IMG/VR virus record: IMGVR_UViG_3300013102_000007 | Coordinates: 1 to 64,000 of that record | DNA from: a virus | Reading direction: 5' to 3' (one strand) | DNA length: 64,000 nt | In this document: piece by piece, positions 1 through 6,311 of the stretch | How positions within the stretch are numbered: position 1 is the stretch's first letter | How the letters are laid out: every line of letters starts with the position of its first letter | Position numbers and translations under genes: made by a program | Notes under the pieces: generated by a model | Seen by the model: only the letters and a program-made list of their open reading frames with translations | Told to the model about the DNA's origin: nothing | Databases searched by the model: none

Positions 1-83
1 GTCTGATGAAAATATTGAAGGGCGAAATTGGTTGTATGAACAGTTATTGACTTTAGCAGTTTGGATTGACTTTGAATTTAAAG

Positions 84-416
84 ATGGTTTCGGCTATTAT
101 ATTGGTAAAAGAATTAAAAACGATTGATATGGAAAAAGAACAATCAGATATTATCGCCAAACAACTTATGAAAGAGATAATGTATGACAATGGTATGGTG
201 GATCGGTGGCACCCTGAAAAATATCCTAAGAAATATGTGGATAAAATCTCTTTAGTAGCTGGTGTATTCTTTGAAAATAACCCTGACGTACTTACTAATG
301 AGGATATAGAAAACATTTGCTGTGGTGAGTTATCAGAAAATGAAGAAATGTATGGAAAATTACATGGATATGAAAACCTGTCTAAAGCTTTAAACGATTA
401 TTTTAATCAAGAATAA
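84..416 (+). CDS. hypothetical protein
   Basis: Long ORF (track 66-416 begins at TTG; first ATG at 84). Acidic product, no motif recognised. Confidence 0.6.
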   Translation: MVSAIILVKELKTIDMEKEQSDIIAKQLMKEIMYDNGMVDRWHPEKYPKKYVDKISLVAGVFFENNPDVLTNEDIENICCGELSENEEMYGKLHGYENLSKALNDYFNQE

Positions 417-419
417 ATT

Positions 420-491
420 ATGGAAATTTTATTAATACTTTTAGTAGTTATATTCATGGGAATTGGCTGGAAAAAATTTTGGAAAAAATAA
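420..491 (+). CDS. mini membrane peptide (23 aa)
   Basis: ATG 4 nt after the previous stop. MEILLILLVVIFMGIGWKKFWKK has one hydrophobic helix plus a basic tail. Below the ORF-track cutoff. Confidence 0.35.
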   Translation: MEILLILLVVIFMGIGWKKFWKK

Positions 492-777
492 AAATTTTGA
501 TATGTATGTCTAGCTGGGACTGTACCGCGATCCATGCCTCCCCCGCCCATCATGGGGTTTTGATTTCCTATACCCCTCCCCCCTTCGATCTACGTTTTGG
601 AAAGTATTTAATTTCTTTGCTTACCTCTATTCTTTACGTGTGGGTTTTTGTCTAACCTATTTTTGTTTGCTAACCTATTTCGCCCGTTGTTAATTCAATG
701 GGCATTTTTGTTTTAGCTTCGTTCGTTGTGGGTAAATGCCTATGCTATGGTAAATGCCAAATTATTTTCAACTATTG

Positions 778-808
778 TTTGCATATCCAAATATTATTCT
801 TACCTTAG
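778..808 (+). promoter_or_regulatory. promoter candidate TTTG-N19-TACCTTAG
   Basis: TTTG 778-781, exactly 19-nt spacer, TACCTTAG 801-808. The same architecture recurs at 7515-7545 and 60186-60216. Confidence 0.5.
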
Positions 809-856
809 TGCTATGGTTTAGCGCGGTGCTAACCAATTACTAAAATTCTTAGCAAT

Positions 857-1063
857 ATGCCAGTATCAAACATTGAGTACAAACGTGTGATGTTACGTAT
901 CCTGCCACAGGGTACACGTTTTAAAACACATCCTAATGACCCGCGATTATACGTCAAAGGTTATATTATTGGAGCCTTAGATAAGTTCGCTTGTTATAGG
1001 TTAGGTAATATGTCTAAGATTAATTACATGTACGCTACTAGGTACGTATTTGTAAGAAAGTAA
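857..1063 (+). CDS. hypothetical protein
   Basis: 68-aa ORF downstream of a promoter candidate and followed by a hairpin-T-run terminator. Confidence 0.55.
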   Translation: MPVSNIEYKRVMLRILPQGTRFKTHPNDPRLYVKGYIIGALDKFACYRLGNMSKINYMYATRYVFVRK

Positions 1064-1071
1064 CAACTAAC

Positions 1072-1096
1072 GGGGGTGTAACAGCCCCCAATTTTT
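1072..1096 (+). terminator. rho-independent terminator
   Basis: GGGGG(tgtaacag)CCCCC hairpin followed by AATTTTT, directly after the stop of 857-1063. Confidence 0.6.
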
Positions 1097-1116
1097 AAAC
1101 TCTAATTCAAATCATC

Positions 1117-1209
1117 ATGAAAAAATTTGACATTGATTCAATCTTAATGCACACAGTTTTAGGTATAGGCTTAATAGGTGTAGCAATTGTATTTATTTAT
1201 TCACTCTAA
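1117..1209 (+). CDS. mini membrane peptide (30 aa)
   Basis: ATG-initiated ORF MKKFDIDSILMHTVLGIGLIGVAIVFIYSL with one TM helix. Below the track cutoff. Confidence 0.35.
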   Translation: MKKFDIDSILMHTVLGIGLIGVAIVFIYSL

Positions 1210-1220
1210 TTAATAACATC

Positions 1221-1403
1221 ATGAAAATTCAACAACTTATTTTAGCATTCTTTACAGTATGCACATTTATAGTTCTTATTGCTACTATCGGCTTAACTAT
1301 TGCTAACCCTAATAAGGCTGGTATATTAGGCTTTATGATTCTGATCAGCGTAGCTATCTTATCACTACAGATTAGCTTAATCATTAGAAAGGATCGTAAC
1401 TAA
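1221..1403 (+). CDS. small membrane protein (2 TM)
   Basis: 60-aa ORF with two hydrophobic helices and a basic C-terminus. Confidence 0.55.
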   Translation: MKIQQLILAFFTVCTFIVLIATIGLTIANPNKAGILGFMILISVAILSLQISLIIRKDRN

Positions 1404-1489
1404 TGGAACAACTACTAATTATCGGGTACGTATCAGCTTGTTTAGCTATTGGTGTCCTAGTCGTAACGGCTTACTTTAATATTAAATAA
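1403..1489 (+). CDS. mini membrane peptide (28 aa)
   Basis: TAATG stop/start overlap with the previous gene. MEQLLIIGYVSACLAIGVLVVTAYFNIK has a single TM. Confidence 0.4.
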   Translation: MEQLLIIGYVSACLAIGVLVVTAYFNIK

Positions 1490-1573
1490 TTATTCACTTC
1501 TATTGCTACCCTTATTAATTGGTTAAAGCTTATCACCATAACAACGGCTAGCAATACATAATAACTTAACATC

Positions 1574-1708
1574 ATGGAAAATATATTGACATACAAAGGG
1601 CATTCGATAACAATGCGAAGTACTAAGGGATTTTTTGTTACCCTTAAAACTGGCCGTCACGTATTCAGCACAATTCTACAGGCTATTAAAGCTATTGATT
1701 TAGATTAG
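1574..1708 (+). CDS. hypothetical small protein (44 aa)
   Basis: ATG ORF MENILTYKGHSITMRS..., followed by a terminator at 1733-1764. Confidence 0.4.
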   Translation: MENILTYKGHSITMRSTKGFFVTLKTGRHVFSTILQAIKAIDLD

Positions 1709-1732
1709 CCAGCTTGTTTAAATAGTTATTAT

Positions 1733-1764
1733 GCCTCTGCTATTAATTTGGTAGAGGCTTTTTT
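1733..1764 (+). terminator. rho-independent terminator
   Basis: GCCTCT(1733-1738)/AGAGGC(1753-1758) hairpin followed by TTTTTT. Confidence 0.65.
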
Positions 1765-2590
1765 ATGCCCAAATAGGTAGTAAAATACACTAAGGGTTTT
1801 TATATCGCCCGCTGTAAAAGTTTATTCACGGTATCTTAAACGCGGTTTTCATTTTTGGCTATTTTGATAGGTTTTTACACTAAGTGGAGATTATTTTTTG
1901 ATTAAAGTGTGTGTTTAATCGACATAGTACCTAGCTTAATAATGCCATAATCCCTATTTAACCACATCTAAGCGCACATTTACACGTTAACAGGCTAAAA
2001 CCCCGATTTACTGGCAAACCCTGTTTATCTTACTTATACTTCTTTATTATTATCTATTGTTATAATGCTATTGACCATTACTATTTGGGTAGCAATTCTA
2101 CAGATCATGCAAACAGATTATAAACCTTAATTAGTGTTAACGTACTTTCAATCTTAAGGTTATCTATATAATTTAATATATACTATCATTCGGCTGAGTT
2201 GCGTATCAATTTACTACACTACGTATGTGTGCGGTGTTAACTTTGCTTTCTTACTTACTTGTTATATTGTATTATATACTTTTGACCTTTTATAATGGAT
2301 AGCAACCTATTTGCCAAAACTAATAAAATACTATTTCGCGTTTAAGCCACTTTTTAAGCGATTTAAGACACTTTGTACCGTTTTGGTACTAACATACCAC
2401 CCAAAGGCAGATCGTTAAAAACAGCCTTCACAGTAGTTTAAAGGCACTATTTTTTCATACTTAGCCAAATCATATCATTTTCATACACTTTTGGCCTGTT
2501 ATAAGTCAACATATAGCTTTACTTTATGCATGCAATAGTTAAGTTATGACTTTACATTAAAATTTTTCTCCCTGATAATCAGTCAGTTAC

Positions 2591-2616
2591 AATTTATTTT
2601 AAAAATAATTTCATAA
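2591..2616 (+). repeat. 26-nt promoter-upstream repeat, copy 1
   Basis: AATTTATTTTAAAAATAATTTCATAA is identical to 57522-57547. Both copies lie just upstream of TTTG/-7 boxes. Confidence 0.85.
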
Positions 2617-2620
2617 AATG

Positions 2621-2651
2621 TTTGGTATTACAAATAAAGTTTGCACCTTTG
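2621..2651 (+). promoter_or_regulatory. promoter candidate TTTG-N19-CACCTTTG
   Basis: TTTG 2621-2624, 19-nt spacer, CACCTTTG 2644-2651 (near TAnnTTTG). Homologous in layout to the 57553-57584 promoter. Confidence 0.5.
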
Positions 2652-2911
2652 AAGTGTCGGAAGTGACAAACACAAAAATACTACTCTAGTATAGAAAGTC
2701 ACTAAGTATCTAAACTAACCCGATAAGCGGTAATAAGCTTTACACCTGTTTAATTATTACACTGGTTAGCAGTTCAACTAATTATATTTACAACGTGCCG
2801 TGATGGTTAACAAAGGTAAATGTACAGTTCTTTGAAGGTCGGGAAGTTTAAATAGAGTTCGCATATCTAACAAGGTTACATAATGCTTGAGCCATTTAAA
2901 CGAGTATAATA

Positions 2912-2986
2912 TACGGGTTAACTCAGCGGTAGAGTGATACTTCAATTCGAAGTAACAAGTCATAGGTTCGAATCCTATACCCGTAG
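2912..2986 (+). tRNA. tRNA-like gene with aberrant anticodon loop
   Basis: Perfect 7-bp acceptor TACGGGT/ACCCGTA, D arm ACTC-AGCGGTA-GAGT, T arm ATAGG-TTCGAAT-CCTAT. The anticodon arm is TACTT(C)-AATTC-(G)AAGTA with no U33 and no 7-nt canonical loop. Confidence 0.55.
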
Positions 2987-3012
2987 CAAACGAAAACAAA
3001 AAATTTAAAGTT

Positions 3013-3246
3013 ATGAAAACACTATTGTTACCTGTAAATTTACAGCAGGGTCTATTTATTGATGAAAATAACATTGTATTAGGTGTTTACACTCATCACA
3101 CTAAAATAATTGTTCCAAAATTTCCTTTTACGGGCAATGATTTAACTATCCCCGACAACATGCGGGATTATGAAATTAAAGAAAATTATGCAGATAGTTT
3201 TGGACTTAATATGTGGACTAATAAAGGCAGAAAGGAGTTATACTAA
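3013..3246 (+). CDS. hypothetical protein
   Basis: 77-aa ORF, first gene of a tightly packed plus-strand array. Confidence 0.6.
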   Translation: MKTLLLPVNLQQGLFIDENNIVLGVYTHHTKIIVPKFPFTGNDLTIPDNMRDYEIKENYADSFGLNMWTNKGRKELY

Positions 3247-3248
3247 TC

Positions 3249-3419
3249 ATGAGCAACAATAAAAAGAAACAAATACAGGAACGTTTAGAATATCTAAGGC
3301 ACGAAATTCAAAACGAACAAATCAGCTACGGGGAAATTGTAGAACTGCAAGGTTTAGCAGACGATATAGAACCAAACGATTTTGAATTATTGGAATGGGC
3401 ACAACCTAATTATAACTAG
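3249..3419 (+). CDS. hypothetical small protein (56 aa)
   Basis: ATG 3249 to TAG 3417-3419 fills the gap between neighbours exactly. MSNNKKKQIQERLEYLRHEIQNEQISYGEIVELQGLADDIEP... Confidence 0.55.
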   Translation: MSNNKKKQIQERLEYLRHEIQNEQISYGEIVELQGLADDIEPNDFELLEWAQPNYN

Positions 3420-3421
3420 TT

Positions 3422-3682
3422 ATGGCAGATCAAACAAATTTTAACCTACTAACATTAAAAACTTTATTGTTAGATACAATCACATATTTAAAATTTGGTA
3501 GTCATTTGGCACCAAATTACAAGGCAGCAAAATATAGCTTATGTGATTTGTCAGGACAAAAACGAACTATTACAAATAAACAATTACTTCACTTAATAGG
3601 AACCGTGTATAAAGACAATGACAAAGAGTCTGATTTTTGGGCTGTCATTGATAAGTTTAACGCGGCTAAATTTTTAAATTAA
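3422..3682 (+). CDS. hypothetical protein
   Basis: 86-aa ORF in the packed array. Confidence 0.6.
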   Translation: MADQTNFNLLTLKTLLLDTITYLKFGSHLAPNYKAAKYSLCDLSGQKRTITNKQLLHLIGTVYKDNDKESDFWAVIDKFNAAKFLN

Positions 3683-3690
3683 AAACTATC

Positions 3691-3789
3691 ATGCAAAATA
3701 TTTTAAACTCAGACCAATTTAAGGCAGCTACAGTTATACTAAGTATAGCTTATGCCGTATCTATTTACCTTTATTTAATCAACTGGTAA
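3691..3789 (+). CDS. mini membrane peptide (32 aa)
   Basis: MQNILNSDQFKAATVILSIAYAVSIYLYLINW with one TM. Its stop overlaps the next ATG (TAATG). Confidence 0.4.
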   Translation: MQNILNSDQFKAATVILSIAYAVSIYLYLINW

Positions 3790-3932
3790 TGGTTACACAG
3801 GAATTAACAATTAGTCAAAAGACTTTTACCGATATGATTAGCGGACTAATCGCAAGCGGTGTAACGTTTAAGGCGTTCGAATCAACAACAAACAAAAATT
3901 ATATAATTATTCAATTCTTAGGAGGTTATTAA
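3789..3932 (+). CDS. hypothetical small protein (47 aa)
   Basis: ATG overlapping the previous stop. It ends 1 nt before the ATG of 3934. Confidence 0.45.
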   Translation: MVTQELTISQKTFTDMISGLIASGVTFKAFESTTNKNYIIIQFLGGY

Positions 3933-3933
3933 A

Positions 3934-4401
3934 ATGAAAAACACAGTAACAAGCTTTAAAGAAAAAGCAGAGCAAAACGGGGCAATAGATGCAATTGCAA
4001 TTACAGACGAAAAAGGTAATCGTGTAGGTATTTCTAAATATGAAAACGGTGAGGCCGTTATTTCAGTAGATTTTAAAAATGTAGGTTATATGGCCTCATT
4101 AAATAATGAAGGTAAACAAGCTATAATAAAATTCTTAAGTGAAGAGGCTACAGAGGTAAAAACTAAACGGGAACTATACGTATTAGTTGGTATACCCGCT
4201 GAAAATGCACCCGTTCTTTTTTCAAATACGCATTTTCTAGTGTATGCTGATAAAAATGAAGCTGATCGAGCTTGTAAAATGTTCAACGATTACTTAGTAG
4301 AAAACAATAAAATGGATATGGGCAAGTTTGTAGTTGATACGTTGGAAAACGCTAAACTATCATTCCCAAATGGTAAGTTTGATTACAGCTTACTAAATTA
4401 A
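3934..4401 (+). CDS. hypothetical protein
   Basis: 155-aa ORF. Confidence 0.7.
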   Translation: MKNTVTSFKEKAEQNGAIDAIAITDEKGNRVGISKYENGEAVISVDFKNVGYMASLNNEGKQAIIKFLSEEATEVKTKRELYVLVGIPAENAPVLFSNTHFLVYADKNEADRACKMFNDYLVENNKMDMGKFVVDTLENAKLSFPNGKFDYSLLN

Positions 4402-4408
4402 GGCATAT

Positions 4409-4470
4409 CCCTGCAATTATGGTAAAGGCTGAAATAATAAGGCTTAACTGTTCGAATCAGTTTGCAGGGG
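4409..4470 (+). ncRNA. 62-nt tRNA-like element lacking an anticodon arm
   Basis: 7-bp acceptor-like stem CCCTGCA/TGCAGGG. Canonical T arm AACTG-TTCGAAT-CAGTT. One further hairpin AUUAU-(GGUAAAGGCUGAA)-AUAAU with a GG-containing loop. No anticodon stem-loop. Confidence 0.55.
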
Positions 4471-4511
4471 CTAAGGTTACAATGTCGTAGCTTTAATTAA
4501 AAATTATTACA

Positions 4512-4790
4512 ATGAAAAATAACTCATTAAACAGCATTTTAGCTGCATTTTTAACTGTAGCAAGTACAGAGGCCGAAACAATTGAAAGATTAGAAAAAAC
4601 TTTATCAGATTATAAAGCTAATCCAAATTTAGAAACTCTTTCCACCCTATCTGCGGCTGCACATTTAGTAGATTTAAAATGGCAACATTTGAAATTTGAG
4701 GAATTGCAAAAAGAAAACCCACAACCTACAAAAAACACTGACGAATCAGACACTGAATTTCTTAAAAAATTTGGTTTCAGTGCAAATTAG
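4512..4790 (+). CDS. hypothetical protein
   Basis: 92-aa ORF. Its stop at 4788-4790 lies 1 nt before hammerhead HH1. Confidence 0.65.
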   Translation: MKNNSLNSILAAFLTVASTEAETIERLEKTLSDYKANPNLETLSTLSAAAHLVDLKWQHLKFEELQKENPQPTKNTDESDTEFLKKFGFSAN

Positions 4791-4791
4791 A

Positions 4792-4849
4792 GTTTATCTG
4801 ATGAGACTTTAATAGTCGAAATAGTAGTGTAAAAGCTACTATCATAAAC
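4792..4849 (+). ncRNA. hammerhead ribozyme, type I (HH1)
   Basis: Stem I GUUUAU/AUAAAC. Core CUGAUGA 4798-4804. Stem II GACU-UUAAU-AGUC. GAA 4818-4820. Stem III AUAGUAG-loop-CUACUAU. C17 at 4843. Confidence 0.85.
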
Positions 4850-4866
4850 AAATAAAAATTAAAATC

Positions 4867-5094
4867 ATGGAAAATCAAACATTTAAATCAACAGAATTAA
4901 TTAAAGGCACTAGATATTTTTTAGATGGTCTTAAAGATGTTAGTGGTGTATTTAGTCACATTAAGGACGGTCGGGTTTATTTTACCGATTTCAAAGAAGA
5001 GAGGCCACAAATTATGCCATACTTAGAGAAAAACGGAGACGATACAGATTTCAATCAACAACTTTTTGATATTTGGGCAGTAGAAAAAGTTTAA
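4867..5094 (+). CDS. hypothetical protein (TRYxLD..KDVSGV family)
   Basis: 75-aa ORF, paralogous to 13954-14154 and 14157-14363. Its stop codon lies inside stem I of HH2. Confidence 0.65.
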   Translation: MENQTFKSTELIKGTRYFLDGLKDVSGVFSHIKDGRVYFTDFKEERPQIMPYLEKNGDDTDFNQQLFDIWAVEKV

Positions 5095-5147
5095 CTGATG
5101 AGGCTTAAAATAGCCGAAACACGGGGTGAAAATCCCCTGTCTTAAAC
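5089..5147 (+). ncRNA. hammerhead ribozyme, type I (HH2)
   Basis: Stem I GUUUAA/UUAAAC. Core CUGAUGA 5095-5101. Stem II GGCU-UAAAAU-AGCC. GAA 5116-5118. Stem III ACA(C)GGGG-loop-CCCCUGU. C17 at 5141. Confidence 0.85.
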
Positions 5148-5164
5148 AATATAATCACGAAATT

Positions 5165-5641
5165 ATGAACAAAGAAGTAACAAACGGGTATGCTAACCTA
5201 AGAAGGTTAAAACCTACAGCACCATTTAGCCAACGTTTAAACGATTTTATTAATGATCGGGCAGAGGGATTAAGATATATAGATGGTGCTTTTCCTGAAC
5301 TATCATTTGAGGAATTTAAAGCAGAATTTAAAAGCAGTGGTGTAATGCCTATCAGTAACGAACATTGTGAAAACAATATTTTCGGGGACATTGAAACAAA
5401 CATAGCTTTTAGGGCTTGGCATGACTCAATACATTTAGAACTAAACGAAGGTTTTGAATATTTTTCTGAAGCTATTGTAGCATTTAAACAAATGAACGAA
5501 TTGCCTTTAGATTGGGTTTTTGAAAGAAATTTAATTTATTGTGAAGTTATAGGGCAAGCTGCCTACCATAGAAACACAGGCAATTTTGTTGAAGATCAAA
5601 GAGAATTTACAATTAACTTTTTAGAATCGGAAAAATTTTAA
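5165..5641 (+). CDS. hypothetical protein
   Basis: The track ORF 5126-5641 starts at a GTG inside HH2. The first ATG (5165) lies 23 nt after the predicted cleavage site. Confidence 0.65.
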   Translation: MNKEVTNGYANLRRLKPTAPFSQRLNDFINDRAEGLRYIDGAFPELSFEEFKAEFKSSGVMPISNEHCENNIFGDIETNIAFRAWHDSIHLELNEGFEYFSEAIVAFKQMNELPLDWVFERNLIYCEVIGQAAYHRNTGNFVEDQREFTINFLESEKF

Positions 5642-5645
5642 AGCT

Positions 5646-5831
5646 ATGAAAACTATAAAAATAACAGATGAAAACTTTTTAAATCTAAAGGAATTTGGTC
5701 ATGTAGTACCGAAAGATTACAGCAAATTTAAAGTATCTAAAGAGTATTTAGTTTGTGGCTTAGATGAAACTGATTTATTAAAAGTAAGATGTACTCAAAA
5801 TTGTCCAGTTAATATAAAAATAGTAGATTAA
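5646..5831 (+). CDS. hypothetical protein
   Basis: 61-aa ORF in the packed array. Confidence 0.6.
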   Translation: MKTIKITDENFLNLKEFGHVVPKDYSKFKVSKEYLVCGLDETDLLKVRCTQNCPVNIKIVD

Positions 5832-5835
5832 AGCC

Positions 5836-6072
5836 ATGCAAAATATCGAAATTAAGCTGCCACAACTCAACAAAGGTAATTGTTTATTATTTACCACTCT
5901 GTTTAAATTAAAGTATCCTAAAGCTAAAGTAATTGTTTGCTGGAATAAAAAGAGTAATATAGTTTCCTTTAGTGCTGTCTTACATGGTAAGAGGTATTTT
6001 TACAAACGTAAAGATAGGAAACAAAGTAAATTCTGGTTTAATGGTCATGTAGTTCCAATGGAACATAAATAA
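5836..6072 (+). CDS. hypothetical protein
   Basis: 78-aa basic ORF in the packed array. Confidence 0.6.
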   Translation: MQNIEIKLPQLNKGNCLLFTTLFKLKYPKAKVIVCWNKKSNIVSFSAVLHGKRYFYKRKDRKQSKFWFNGHVVPMEHK

Positions 6073-6080
6073 AATCTGTT

Positions 6081-6302
6081 ATGAAACAAAAAGAATTATT
6101 ACAGCATATAAAAGACAATTCTATTTGTCTAAATCAATTAAGTTATGATAAATTAACTGGCAACTCTTATGAATTAAGAGCAAAAACAGGGGGATTTAAA
6201 ACCTTTATCCTTTACCAAAATCCAGAGTCTGATTATTGGAATATTTATTTATCAGAGGGTAACGAAATAGCTAAAATAGAAAACAATTTTAACAACTTTT
6301 AA
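6081..6302 (+). CDS. hypothetical protein
   Basis: 73-aa ORF in the packed array. Confidence 0.6.
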   Translation: MKQKELLQHIKDNSICLNQLSYDKLTGNSYELRAKTGGFKTFILYQNPESDYWNIYLSEGNEIAKIENNFNNF

Positions 6303-6311
6303 AAACTGGTT

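Noticed and set aside
3-40. CTGATGA...CGAAA at the very start of the window, which superficially resembles a hammerhead core.
   Set aside because: The segment between CUGAUGA and GAAA (AAAUAUUGAAGGGC) cannot form stem II and has no G10.1-C11.1 pair. No stems I or III can be drawn. It lies in what looks like the 3' end of a coding frame ending at 48-50.
2778-3074. 98-aa minus-strand ORF from the track.
   Set aside because: It runs antisense across the tRNA-like gene (2912-2986) and into the start of CDS 3013-3246. The composition is odd and it has no partner genes on that strand.
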